From: a virus
Length of the DNA stretch: 64,000 nucleotides
Direction: 5' to 3' (one strand)
Virus record (IMG/VR): IMGVR_UViG_3300027126_000006
Part shown: positions 53,401 through 63,562 of the stretch, one piece after another
How the letters are laid out: each line of letters starts with the position of its first letter
Position numbering within the stretch: the stretch's first letter is position 1
Position numbers and translations under genes: made by a program
The notes under the pieces: generated by a model
What the model was told of the DNA's origin: nothing
The model's database searches: none
What the model saw: only the letters and a program-made list of their open reading frames with translations

Positions 53401-54938
53401 TGTTTTTGGTCTCCCTGTTGTGTATCAACTCCTGCAGCCTGATCTTTAGCAGCCTGCATCTCACCTTGATGGGAAGCAAAGTCAATTTGACCTTCTCTAT
53501 CATCCATCATCTCTTCATCCATCGTCTTAATGTCATCCTCACTCTGCATAAGAATGTTTTTACGTATCCAGCTGACTGAATAGTACTTTCCTACATATGG
53601 ATCAATGTTTTGTAGCAGAGCAATTCGGTTGTTTATGATCTCAGCGTTCTTCAACTCTGTGAAGTGGTTGTCTCGCTGGAAGTCAAACCTAATCTGATTG
53701 ACTAAATCATCCCACTCTTCAAGTCTAATGATACCTTTTGCAACCAACTGAACCCTTAACGCATCCTTAAAGATTCCTGAGAACTTTTTACGAATACGCT
53801 CAATAAACTTGTTGAACTTGATTTCTTCGCGAGTAATTTCTGATGCGCGACCAAGACTAAAGTTCTGCTGTGGTTGCAGTCTTGTAAGAGGTACGTTTAG
53901 AGCTTGGTAGAGCTTTGTCTGGAAGTACTGGATATCTTCAATTTGACCTAAATTTTGACCGCCAGCTAGAGTAGTAATCTCTGTTCCTTTGCCGCCTTCA
54001 CGACGAGGCATCCAAAAGTCTTCCATAAGAGATAGATGCTGGCGGTTATCTTTAATCTCACCAGTTGCAGCATCATAAACAACTTTGTTTCTAAACTTGT
54101 TCATAATGTCATTGACGTACTGCTCTGCTCTTTGTTTTGGCAAAGTACCTACATCAATGTAAAAAATTCTACGTTCCGGTGCTCGACTAATACGATAGAT
54201 GACTAGTGAGTCCTCCATCATCTTGAGTTGATTGACAGGCTTAATAGCCTTGTGTAGATAACTCAATGTGAGACCAGTATTGGAGTCTAACAATCCTGAT
54301 GACGCCATGATAACTGAATCAAGAGATAGCTTCACACCTTGTGAAGTAGACTCGTTGATTCCCTTATCGTTATAGATGTAGTATTCATCAACAGTCTTAA
54401 CTACTTCTACGCCTTGTGCATTCTTTTCACGCTTAACATTCTTAATCTTACGAATCTTGCGTGGGTCAATGTATCGAAGCTCAACAATACCATTCTTTGG
54501 GTTCTTTTCATCTATTACAATATGGTAGAACATACGGCCGTCAATATACCACTGACGGAACATATCATGTCCTCTATCAGAAAACTTATACAGAGTTAGT
54601 ATCTCTTCAAACTCATCTGTAATTTTTTTCTTAATCGAGTCTGATAGCTTGACGTCTTCGAGGTCAATCGATACAGGAGGGATGTTGGAATCAGCTACGA
54701 TCGCTTCATTGACAATATCTTCGATTGCAGCATCACAATCAGAGTATTGAGCTGACTCACGGTACCTTCTGATGAGATCATTCTCATTCTTGATGGTACC
54801 CTCAATGTCTACTGTTAGCCCGTAATGTGCAGCTGTAGTGACAACAGTAGATCCATCCTCAGCAGACGGAGCAACCACACTAGCGGCTTCCGTCTGAGAG
54901 GACTTCTTACGTTTTATTTCAAATCCGAAAACTTGCAT
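53397..54938 (-). CDS. gp20: Portal protein
   Basis: WYIDGR, YRISRAPERRIFYIDVG, EDFWMPRREGGKGTEI. Confidence 0.98.
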   Translation of the reverse strand: MQVFGFEIKRKKSSQTEAASVVAPSAEDGSTVVTTAAHYGLTVDIEGTIKNENDLIRRYRESAQYSDCDAAIEDIVNEAIVADSNIPPVSIDLEDVKLSDSIKKKITDEFEEILTLYKFSDRGHDMFRQWYIDGRMFYHIVIDEKNPKNGIVELRYIDPRKIRKIKNVKREKNAQGVEVVKTVDEYYIYNDKGINESTSQGVKLSLDSVIMASSGLLDSNTGLTLSYLHKAIKPVNQLKMMEDSLVIYRISRAPERRIFYIDVGTLPKQRAEQYVNDIMNKFRNKVVYDAATGEIKDNRQHLSLMEDFWMPRREGGKGTEITTLAGGQNLGQIEDIQYFQTKLYQALNVPLTRLQPQQNFSLGRASEITREEIKFNKFIERIRKKFSGIFKDALRVQLVAKGIIRLEEWDDLVNQIRFDFQRDNHFTELKNAEIINNRIALLQNIDPYVGKYYSVSWIRKNILMQSEDDIKTMDEEMMDDREGQIDFASHQGEMQAAKDQAAGVDTQQGDQKQ

Positions 54939-54959
54939 AATATGATGTATTACCTATCT

Positions 54960-55481
54960 TTAGGCTGGTTCGAAGTAGTTGTATACAAACTCAACATCAA
55001 ATGTTTCAATCTGATTGTTTGCATCAAAATCTAGTCCAATCTCACCAATTACAACTGGATATGCGTCACGGAATATATACGACTTTGTTGGGTTGTCGTT
55101 TCTATCGAGCTGCGTAACACTTAAATCAACTTGATAGTTGATTGGCATTGTGGCGCCATTTGTTGATCCATAATTGATAATTGTATTATGCCAATCTTCA
55201 AACGCATTTCTAATACCAAAGTTAGCTTCATTATAGATAGTTACACGCCATGGAGCAAATGATCTCTCACCTGCAAAATGCACAGGGCGGCCTCGGTAGT
55301 TAATTGTAATGTCTTCAATTGACGACCCTGGTAAAGACGTGGCCTTACAAAGGAATTGGGATTGTGATGATGCAAATACACCATTTTGAATGAAGGCTGG
55401 AAACATTAACGATACTGTAAATTGGTTTGGTCTTGCACCACCAAAGGCCAATCTGGATTTGAAATCTGAAATCGTTGCCAT
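54960..55481 (-). CDS. gp19: Tail tube protein
   Basis: GARPNQF, AGERSFAPW, AYPV.IGEI. Confidence 0.95.
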   Translation of the reverse strand: MATISDFKSRLAFGGARPNQFTVSLMFPAFIQNGVFASSQSQFLCKATSLPGSSIEDITINYRGRPVHFAGERSFAPWRVTIYNEANFGIRNAFEDWHNTIINYGSTNGATMPINYQVDLSVTQLDRNDNPTKSYIFRDAYPVVIGEIGLDFDANNQIETFDVEFVYNYFEPA

Positions 55482-55498
55482 CTATATTTCTCCTTAAA

Positions 55499-55518
55499 GG
55501 GGGATCTAAAAGATCCCC
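55499..55518 (-). terminator. Hairpin between gp18 and gp19
   Basis: GGGGATCT-TTT-AGATCCCC, preceded by an AATAAATA late-promoter variant. Confidence 0.5.
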
Positions 55519-55527
55519 GTTTATTTA

Positions 55528-57240
55528 TTAAGCAATTTCGTTGAAAGAAATTCCAGAGCGGACAGCAACGAAATTTAATGTGATGAAGTTAATAGAACGG
55601 GCAGGCTTAATGTAAATATCAGCCACAAACTCATTCCTATCAATTACTTCGCCGGTGTTGTTTGTCGCATCACATACAACACGGAAGTCTACCACACCAC
55701 GACGACCTTGCACGTCGCGCAAGAATGGCTCTATCATAGAGCGAAACTGAGCACGTGTCATGTCATCATTAAATTCAAACAACTGGAACTTAGCTGCTGT
55801 TGCTATTGCCTTTTCAAGAACAATAAACAGACGGCGCACGTTAATACGATCAAAGGCTGAAGGCTTAGTTAATAGAGTCTTATCACCAAACAGAACTGTT
55901 CCTTGACCGGGGAATGATACCACAGGGTTGATACCGGCCTTGTATAGTGTATCTCTTTCAGCTTTGTTTGGATTGAAAGATAACTTGACGACATTTTTGA
56001 TTTGCCCGCGATTTAATCCGCCAGGAGACCACCACGCATCATTTGTATAATCAGTTCTAGCGCAAAGACCAGCAATATCACCATTTAGTGGAACCCAGCG
56101 ATACTTGTCATTATAGCGGTCGTATTGATATTTGAATCCTGAATCAAGAACAGCATATGATGAATTGACGTTGAAGTTAACGCTATTTCTAAAGGCAACA
56201 GTATCTGTTGCAATAGCAGCACCTGTAATCATAGCCCCCGTGCTAGCATCTACAGGAGACACAAACACCATACAATCCTTACGAACTTCAGCGACGTTGT
56301 CAATTACATACTTAGCTGTAGCGGCTGTTACCTTACCTGTAATTACTAATGAGATGTCATACAACTCTGTATTAGCATATAAAGCATAGGCAGTTTGGAT
56401 CTGTCCTTCTGTAGGGTTAGTACCATTGTTGCCGTTAGCTAGTGTAAAGGTTATACCTGGCGATGTCATAGCAGCAAACACATCAGCTCCGGCTGCATCT
56501 ACAACCTGCTGGAATGTTTGACCCCAAGCTTGGTTAGCATCAATACCAGATGTTGGATAACCAGTCCACCAAATATACTTTGATTGGGTGTTAATCACAT
56601 CTTTGTAAAAGTTGTTTGATCCATCTGAACGTCTTGCATTTGATGCTTTGGATACAAATGCAAACTTTTCGAGAACAGTTCCTGATTGACCAGAGAAAGT
56701 GCCTTTACCGTCAACAACTACAACATGCAGCTCATCTTTGGTTACGTTGTACTCAGCAGCGGCAGATGATTGTCCAGGAGCACTGTCAAATAGTGATTTA
56801 TATGCCCATGACGTCCATCCATCACTATCACAGATTGATACAATTAACCCGTTACCTAAAGATCCTGGATACTTTGCTGTAAACACATGACCGGAAATGC
56901 CAGTTGATTCGTATGTAGCATAATAAGAATCTCTGTTGATAATGCTTGCACTGGTTGAAGTTGAAGCATTTGTTGCAGATGTAGCCACGGCTCGAGTAAC
57001 ATACAATGAATTGCTATATGCTAGAAAGTTTGCGGCCGCCCACCAACTAGAACTATTGTCGTTCGTAGGTGTACTAAACAGCTCAACAAGGCTACGCTCT
57101 GAAGTAACAAGTTGTGGGTCTGACATTGGACCCCAGTAAAAATGTCCAGCGAATGCACCAGTGGAGGTAGCAACTGCCGGCACAATATTTGTTAGGTCTT
57201 TTTCGGTGACCAACACCCCTGGTGAAAGCTGAAAAGCCAT
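55528..57240 (-). CDS. gp18: Tail sheath protein
   Basis: SPGVLVTEKD, FDRINVRRLF, IKPARSINFITLNF. Confidence 0.97.
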   Translation of the reverse strand: MAFQLSPGVLVTEKDLTNIVPAVATSTGAFAGHFYWGPMSDPQLVTSERSLVELFSTPTNDNSSSWWAAANFLAYSNSLYVTRAVATSATNASTSTSASIINRDSYYATYESTGISGHVFTAKYPGSLGNGLIVSICDSDGWTSWAYKSLFDSAPGQSSAAAEYNVTKDELHVVVVDGKGTFSGQSGTVLEKFAFVSKASNARRSDGSNNFYKDVINTQSKYIWWTGYPTSGIDANQAWGQTFQQVVDAAGADVFAAMTSPGITFTLANGNNGTNPTEGQIQTAYALYANTELYDISLVITGKVTAATAKYVIDNVAEVRKDCMVFVSPVDASTGAMITGAAIATDTVAFRNSVNFNVNSSYAVLDSGFKYQYDRYNDKYRWVPLNGDIAGLCARTDYTNDAWWSPGGLNRGQIKNVVKLSFNPNKAERDTLYKAGINPVVSFPGQGTVLFGDKTLLTKPSAFDRINVRRLFIVLEKAIATAAKFQLFEFNDDMTRAQFRSMIEPFLRDVQGRRGVVDFRVVCDATNNTGEVIDRNEFVADIYIKPARSINFITLNFVAVRSGISFNEIA

Positions 57241-57306
57241 TATTTTCTCCTTGTTCTTGTAAACAACGAATATAGTTCCACACTAATTCTCTTTTATTTA
57301 TTAAAA

Positions 57307-58938
57307 TTAAGATTTCAGAAGCCAGACCTGATCTTCCGTTAGTTGCTGACCTGCTTCTGGATACTTCCTATTTCGTTCCGCAATTGAATCAAACTCATCT
57401 GGTTTGTTGTCCTGATAGAACCCAAATGGTGTCATTGTGGAATCAATATAATCTTGTTTCTTCTCTGTTAGAATTGACCTCAGATTGATATTAGTCACTT
57501 CTTGGAATACATCTTGCTTTGTCAACCAGGCAAGAAGCCAGAGAGTAGTGCATAAGTCATCATTGACGGATGTGTCTTGAGAAGCATAGCTCTTTCTGTG
57601 TTGTACAAATAAGCCGAGCTCTTCAATAATTCTATATGAGTTGACAGTAAGTTGATCCTTCTCAATCAACTCCTTGAGAACTGAACAACCCAAGCTTTTG
57701 ACTTTAGATGTTGTTCTTACTCCTGGATAGCCTCGAGTCTGAGACAGAGAGTTTCCTTGCGTGAAGTATAAGTTTTCATATTCATACTCATACCAGATCG
57801 TATTTGATACTTCTTCTCCAAGATCATTAATCTCTACCAACACATATGCATCGTTATACTGACGCGCTGTATTATATATGAGATGAGGAAACTCTAGTGT
57901 TGTGATCTCGTTGTTTTTGTATGTAGCAACTACCTGGTATGGCATCTTTGTTACATCTGCAATCGTGAAAGCAGAGTAGTCCATATGTCTACCGCGTGAC
58001 ACATCCACAGTGATTACATAGTTTCTATCTTTAGCCGGCTTCTCAAATACCTCAAGCCCATCCTTTTCATAGATTGGTGTGGTGATTGGTAAAGTAGAAA
58101 GTTTTGATCCATCTACAAGGGTATATGAAGATCCCTCAAAAGAACATTCAATCTCTTGACGGTACTTGACCTCGCCCAGCTTCTTCCGTTGGCTCTCTGC
58201 CCACTCTAGCGTCCTCTTTGGATTCTCCTGCCACTTACCATCTACTGTAACGAAGTCATTATTTCCGCTCTTTGCCTCGGCCCAAAGTTTATAGTAGTGG
58301 TTTAACCCGTTAGGTGTCGAGATAATCACCAATTTAGATGTCTCTGAGGACGATAGGGTCGGAAAGACGGAAGCAATGAATTCTTCAGCTAGATTAGGAT
58401 GTAGGTGAGCAAACTCATCAAGAAGGAGAAGGTTTACCGACATACCACGAACTGCAGAGGCAGACGTTGCTGCCGCTATACATCGTGAGCCATTCTCGAG
58501 TGCTAGAGATTTTTTATTCCATTCTACAACACCTTGCTGTAGCCAGTGGGGTAGGTTTTCTATAATGAACTGGACCCTACCAAAAATCTCAATAGCAATA
58601 GCCTGCTTGTTGGCTAGAATTACTGCTGTTTTGTTATCGTTGAAAAGAACATACCAGGCAAAGTACGCAGCTACAATAGTCGACTTACCTGCTTGGCGAA
58701 ATAGCTTACCAAGCGTATTTTTGTTATTATGTATCGTTTCAATGATCCTCTCTTGATATGGGAATGGATTGAAAGCTACAATCCCATCATCAAGAGATAC
58801 AATCTTAGCATACCTGTTTATAAAGTATAGTGGATCCTTCGCACACTTAACATACTCTTGAACTTGTTGTTGCGTAAACGCTACCTGAACACCAGCAGCT
58901 TTTAAGTTACGATTTGCATTATATACCTGAGGCGTCAT
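57307..58938 (-). CDS. gp17: Terminase large subunit
   Basis: RQAGKST, LLLDEFAH, ISTPNG, VDVSRG, NDDL. Confidence 0.97.
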   Translation of the reverse strand: MTPQVYNANRNLKAAGVQVAFTQQQVQEYVKCAKDPLYFINRYAKIVSLDDGIVAFNPFPYQERIIETIHNNKNTLGKLFRQAGKSTIVAAYFAWYVLFNDNKTAVILANKQAIAIEIFGRVQFIIENLPHWLQQGVVEWNKKSLALENGSRCIAAATSASAVRGMSVNLLLLDEFAHLHPNLAEEFIASVFPTLSSSETSKLVIISTPNGLNHYYKLWAEAKSGNNDFVTVDGKWQENPKRTLEWAESQRKKLGEVKYRQEIECSFEGSSYTLVDGSKLSTLPITTPIYEKDGLEVFEKPAKDRNYVITVDVSRGRHMDYSAFTIADVTKMPYQVVATYKNNEITTLEFPHLIYNTARQYNDAYVLVEINDLGEEVSNTIWYEYEYENLYFTQGNSLSQTRGYPGVRTTSKVKSLGCSVLKELIEKDQLTVNSYRIIEELGLFVQHRKSYASQDTSVNDDLCTTLWLLAWLTKQDVFQEVTNINLRSILTEKKQDYIDSTMTPFGFYQDNKPDEFDSIAERNRKYPEAGQQLTEDQVWLLKS

Positions 58939-58941
58939 TTG

Positions 58942-59682
58942 TTATAGATCTCTTAACCACTCTTCTGTAATTGTTCCAGTTGTAGGATTACCTTCTGCAG
59001 TATAAGTTTGACTATTGTTGTTGGTATTAGAATTAAGCTTGATATCAGCAATGCTAGTGTAAATTGGTGTTGCAGGAGATACATTACCAAAGAGATTAAT
59101 CTTTGCGGTAAATGTCAAAGTGTGAGTTACAAATCGACGAGTCTGAAAATCACCATCATACTCATCTGATACTTGTATACTGTTTAATGTAATAGGAATG
59201 TCTTGTACTACATTCATATCAGGTATTGCGTTGATTGCGATTGTATACTCTGGAGCAAATGTAGGTAGAATCTGCTCAATAATCTGCAATGCATCTTCCT
59301 GCGTCTTAGTTAGCACATACAAAGAGAAGTCAAGATTATATGGTACTGGTGAAAATACAGATTCGGCTTGACCTTGTTGCTGGCATACCAACTTCTGCAT
59401 CTTTCCTACTTTTCGCTGAGAGTCGTAATTATATCCTGTAATCTCAAACGACATTCTTGGAAGAGATGTGTAGGTGTTGTTTTCAAGATTGGGGTCCTGT
59501 TCTAACCGGACAAGCCACTTTTCTTTTGGTGCATATGCAATAGGGATATGAAGCCTCTGTACCGCTGTTCCCGTGACAGAATTGCCTTGCCGACGATCAA
59601 TGTAGATGCTGGAAAATAGCCGGCCAAATGCAACTACCGTTTTCCGAATCACTCCATGATAGAATACGTTATTGTTTAACAT
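58942..59682 (-). CDS. gp15: Tail sheath stabilizer/terminator
   Basis: YAPKEKW, LPRMSFE, QIIEQILP.F.P. Confidence 0.94.
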   Translation of the reverse strand: MLNNNVFYHGVIRKTVVAFGRLFSSIYIDRRQGNSVTGTAVQRLHIPIAYAPKEKWLVRLEQDPNLENNTYTSLPRMSFEITGYNYDSQRKVGKMQKLVCQQQGQAESVFSPVPYNLDFSLYVLTKTQEDALQIIEQILPTFAPEYTIAINAIPDMNVVQDIPITLNSIQVSDEYDGDFQTRRFVTHTLTFTAKINLFGNVSPATPIYTSIADIKLNSNTNNNSQTYTAEGNPTTGTITEEWLRDL

Positions 59683-60341
59683 CAGTTCACATCACCAAAA
59701 GGATTGTTCTCGTTAAACATAATTTCAGTGCCCTGCTGTAGGAACTTAGTATTGTCGCCAAAGGAATCTACTTGATCGACTTCGGCATTTTGTGTAACAT
59801 CAAGAGTCTTCAGATCCTCAAATTGATCAACCTCTGCGATACCGGTGTTGATGCGTTCGGAAGAATATTGGAATAGTTCTACTTGAAGCTTATAGACGTA
59901 TAGCTTACCAAGTTGGTAAAATGGATCCTGATGCTTTACAAACTTAATCTCAAACAGCCCCTTCGTAAGAGGGAAGTATAACAGATCGCCCTCACAAGGC
60001 CTGGTAGGTACTATTGTTTGACCGTATCTACCAACCATCTGATCCCACCTTCTTCTTGCCACCACAAGAGTAGCAGACTGTTCCATCATCAATCCAAATT
60101 TTTGTATGAATGCACCTTGACCATCAAATGAATCTACGTTCTCAAAATACATTTCAATAGGATACAAAACCTTAAACTCTGATAGTCTATCCTCACCCAA
60201 TATGTCATCTTTGGATACCAGCTTACGAGGAATATAGAACAGCTCTTGACCATAGATCTTTAGAGATTCTATGATGAGATCCTCAACAAGGTACTGTTCA
60301 TTTCGAGTACCTTGCGAAAAGTAAACATTAACGGTTGACAT
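59682..60341 (-). CDS. gp14: Neck protein
   Basis: ESLKIYG, RPCEGDLLYFP, PFYQLGK, ENNPFG. Confidence 0.94.
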   Translation of the reverse strand: MSTVNVYFSQGTRNEQYLVEDLIIESLKIYGQELFYIPRKLVSKDDILGEDRLSEFKVLYPIEMYFENVDSFDGQGAFIQKFGLMMEQSATLVVARRRWDQMVGRYGQTIVPTRPCEGDLLYFPLTKGLFEIKFVKHQDPFYQLGKLYVYKLQVELFQYSSERINTGIAEVDQFEDLKTLDVTQNAEVDQVDSFGDNTKFLQQGTEIMFNENNPFGDVN

Positions 60342-60342
60342 C

Positions 60343-61305
60343 TTAGCCTAAGAAAAATTCAAGAGGCGCACTCTTGTTTAATAGATCATCTTCAAGGTCT
60401 TTGATCTCTTGCATAGCTTCCACATACATGCTTTGTCCATCTAGAGTAACACCGCCTGGAAGCTGAATTCCTTGAAATTTCTTTAGATTAGTGGCCCACT
60501 GCTTTTTAAACAACGCAGTGGCATAATGCTTCAGCCACGTCTCACTCCAAACGCGCGTAAAGCTTGTTGGATCAAGAGCTCTATAGCATTCAAGTACAAC
60601 ATACTCGCCAGCAACGATATCATTATTCCAACTAATATCGGGATACACTCTACCTTGAAGTCTGTTGAACCTGAACATTGGCTTACCATTTAGTTCTAGG
60701 TCAAGTAATGACAGATGTGACATCACTTGCTTATAGTATATGATTGACGTTGATGCAAGATCGTATAAATCATTGAGTCGAAGCTGATATTGAACATCAA
60801 ACATCGACTTTGACGTTTGTGTACCCGCAAATGGTAGCATTCGGATAACGCCATACACTGCATCTGGAAGAGAGATGTATTTGTTATCCATCTCTCCTGT
60901 AAATACTGCATTTGTTGCTGCAAGCGTGGCAGTTGCTGTGCCGTTTGTAACAGTCTCGCCGTTTGTGAACGTACCACTGGTCAATGTTACGTAAATTGTA
61001 TTTGATGCTGGCGTTGTGTTGACCTGAGAAACTACTGTTGCATTTGCCCCGGACGTTTGACCTGTGATTGTAGTGCCAAGTGCAAATGAGCTGCTATTGC
61101 TAGTGGTGATGGTTAATGTTGAAGCTCTCATTTGTTGCTTCAAGTATACCTTTTCTACCCCTTCGTGATGGTAGGTATTCCAGTATTGAAGGGCTTCATC
61201 AATCCGGTCTTCAAGTTGATCATCATCAACGTTGATTTCCAATACTGGAGCTCCAAGTGCTCTTAGACAGTATTGTTTGAACTGATCTCTTGTAGTGACG
61301 GCCAT
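60343..61305 (-). CDS. gp13: Neck protein
   Basis: YCLRALGAPVLEINV, QLPGGVTLDG; carries a Thr-rich insertion. Confidence 0.94.
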   Translation of the reverse strand: MAVTTRDQFKQYCLRALGAPVLEINVDDDQLEDRIDEALQYWNTYHHEGVEKVYLKQQMRASTLTITTSNSSSFALGTTITGQTSGANATVVSQVNTTPASNTIYVTLTSGTFTNGETVTNGTATATLAATNAVFTGEMDNKYISLPDAVYGVIRMLPFAGTQTSKSMFDVQYQLRLNDLYDLASTSIIYYKQVMSHLSLLDLELNGKPMFRFNRLQGRVYPDISWNNDIVAGEYVVLECYRALDPTSFTRVWSETWLKHYATALFKKQWATNLKKFQGIQLPGGVTLDGQSMYVEAMQEIKDLEDDLLNKSAPLEFFLG

Positions 61306-61339
61306 GGCAACCCTTTAGTGTTTTGATTATTTATTATAA

Positions 61340-62512
61340 TCAAGAGTAGGAGTAGTAAGTTGGATTCTTTCTAAGAATAATCTGTGCTCGTACAATTAAC
61401 CCTCCCAAATAAGGAGACGTGTTATTAGCAATGACAGCCAAACCTTCTCCACTACGTATGACAAATCCTTGAAGTCCATCATCACTAAATGAATATCCAT
61501 ACGCTGTATAATGATCTGTATATTGCATTGCAGTCTGCATTACCCCCGGCAACACGTTACCTGTGAATCCATTCCCATGTTGCAACAGTCTTTGGCCAAA
61601 TGTCCTTGCTCGCCTATAAGCCGTGGTATTAGACGCTGGATATCCCAAATCATCAGGACTAAGACCGCCTATAATTGAAAGAGTAATAGGTAATAAAAAG
61701 GTTCCTTGACGAACACTCAAAAAAGGTGGTGCATCTGATCCATTATGTGCAATAGGGGTGACTGCTTCTCCCTCTGCACGAACATCATTGACTCGTGTCA
61801 CTCTAACGGTTGGTTGATCTAAGTTGCTAGTATTAACAGTACTACTTCCAGGTTGCCAAATTTCTATTTTAACAACTGTAACAGTTACACCAGACCCCGT
61901 TCCGTTGAAAATAGCAAACTGGGAGTTTTGGCCAGTAGGAGGATATAGTTCAAATAGTCCCGTGTAAGTGCTAGCACCTATTACTATAGTAATCTGACAT
62001 ATAAAGCTAGCATTAGCAGTATCATATCTTGGAGCTAGAGCTACACCTTCGCCTTCAGCCAAAACAATACCATCGTTTCCATCAAATCTACCAGAATCCC
62101 AGACAGTGGCATTTCCACTACGAATACTGCCACCCATACATCCAAATTGGTTGGGGTTAGATTGTATTGTTGATAAGTTCTGCACAAACCTTGTAAACCC
62201 CCGCAATGTACTACCACTTACAAAAGTCACACTAGATGGTAAATTTACAATTCGAACTTGGCTGGGTATAGCATTGGCACTAGTATCATGGGCAATCATA
62301 TCGATATCATCGCCGCCTAAAACCTCTGTAATTTTTTCAAGTTCAGCAGCTGATGGTGCGGCGACTAGATCATACGAAGGGACTGTTCGAATGTCAATTC
62401 CTCTAATTTCAAATTCATATTGACCAGTAGTGTCATCATTGAGGAAGGTCAGTAGTCCGCCCTCCTGTCCGGCGGAACACCTAGCTCTAACTGTCCAAGA
62501 TTGTTGTGCCAT
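61340..62512 (-). CDS. Putative virion protein with a tandem-duplicated beta domain
   Basis: Two repeats sharing FxN..., (V/I)xxIAH, GEG(V/L)A motifs. Confidence 0.6.
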   Translation of the reverse strand: MAQQSWTVRARCSAGQEGGLLTFLNDDTTGQYEFEIRGIDIRTVPSYDLVAAPSAAELEKITEVLGGDDIDMIAHDTSANAIPSQVRIVNLPSSVTFVSGSTLRGFTRFVQNLSTIQSNPNQFGCMGGSIRSGNATVWDSGRFDGNDGIVLAEGEGVALAPRYDTANASFICQITIVIGASTYTGLFELYPPTGQNSQFAIFNGTGSGVTVTVVKIEIWQPGSSTVNTSNLDQPTVRVTRVNDVRAEGEAVTPIAHNGSDAPPFLSVRQGTFLLPITLSIIGGLSPDDLGYPASNTTAYRRARTFGQRLLQHGNGFTGNVLPGVMQTAMQYTDHYTAYGYSFSDDGLQGFVIRSGEGLAVIANNTSPYLGGLIVRAQIILRKNPTYYSYS

Positions 62513-62522
62513 CGTAATTGTA

Positions 62523-63038
62523 TTATGTGTTGGTAAATTCTATTTCGAGGTCAGCTACACCTGTGGTTTGGTTAATACTTTGGATTGTATATCCTTCATT
62601 CTGACCGGCTCTACAAGTTACCGGCTCAACAACAGTATCGCCGTACCCCGAATTCCAGATCTCTGCAAACGGAACCAAACACATTAGAGCATCCCAATCC
62701 GCAGTCGATACAGTGGGTTCATCAGGGCTCATTAACAACCTACGGAACTGTGAAGTAGTTGTAACGGTCCTACCAGTCCCGGCCGAAGTATTAGCATTCA
62801 ACGCAACATTAGCTGTATTATGTGCTACCGGTGTCACGTTGCCGGTACTAGCTGCACTAGTTCTAAAAATAGATACAAAGTTTAGTGCACCAGTAACACC
62901 AGTTGTTTGGTTATTAAATAACCACGCACGATAGATTTTCACAGTTGCAGTACTGGCTGAACTATTAAAAATATCCAACATATGTTTGGTACTTGCATAT
63001 GCTACACCACTTGCAAAAGCATGCCATGTATTTGCCAT
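62523..63038 (-). CDS. Putative virion protein, single copy of the same beta domain
   Basis: IFNSS, VTPVAHN, RAGQNEG. Confidence 0.6.
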   Translation of the reverse strand: MANTWHAFASGVAYASTKHMLDIFNSSASTATVKIYRAWLFNNQTTGVTGALNFVSIFRTSAASTGNVTPVAHNTANVALNANTSAGTGRTVTTTSQFRRLLMSPDEPTVSTADWDALMCLVPFAEIWNSGYGDTVVEPVTCRAGQNEGYTIQSINQTTGVADLEIEFTNT

Positions 63039-63050
63039 AATTATCTTTCC

Positions 63051-63353
63051 TTATATGTGTTGTGGTAGACTGATAATCTTACCAGTACCCTCTGTTGATT
63101 TAAAGAGATCAACACCTCTTCCCATATCATTTACGATTAACTTTAGACTGCCAGGCTGAGATAGTTTCTCAATCCTGTCTTTAAACTGTTTCTTTCGCTC
63201 AACGTCAGCATTGCTAGGAATCTCCCTTGCCAACATTATCTTATAAGCCTTAATCCTAGCCGACTCAACCATAGAGTTATTAATCCAGCAGTGATGTGTC
63301 AACTCCCATTGCTGCCTCTCTTGATTGAAGGCAATCATCATCTCTTTCTTCAT
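63051..63353 (-). CDS. Hypothetical protein
   Basis: Coupled ORF in the fiber region. Confidence 0.55.
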   Translation of the reverse strand: MKKEMMIAFNQERQQWELTHHCWINNSMVESARIKAYKIMLAREIPSNADVERKKQFKDRIEKLSQPGSLKLIVNDMGRGVDLFKSTEGTGKIISLPQHI

Positions 63354-63547
63354 AGCGGTCTTTCAAAAATGTATCCATTATCTAGTTCAATTGTTGAGGA
63401 AAAGTTTAGGTTTATGTCAGTTAGATTACATACTGGACATGTGGTGTTGCCGTTAGGATCAACTCTAACTCCTTCTGCAACGGATTCAGGAACAGATGCT
63501 GTCGCACATGTTTTATGTTTGATTTCTGATCTTACAATAGTTGGCAT
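63350..63547 (-). CDS. Small Cys-containing protein
   Basis: HKTC...CPVC; GAGG SD. Confidence 0.55.
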   Translation of the reverse strand: MPTIVRSEIKHKTCATASVPESVAEGVRVDPNGNTTCPVCNLTDINLNFSSTIELDNGYIFERPL

Positions 63548-63562
63548 ATTTATCCTCGTTTA

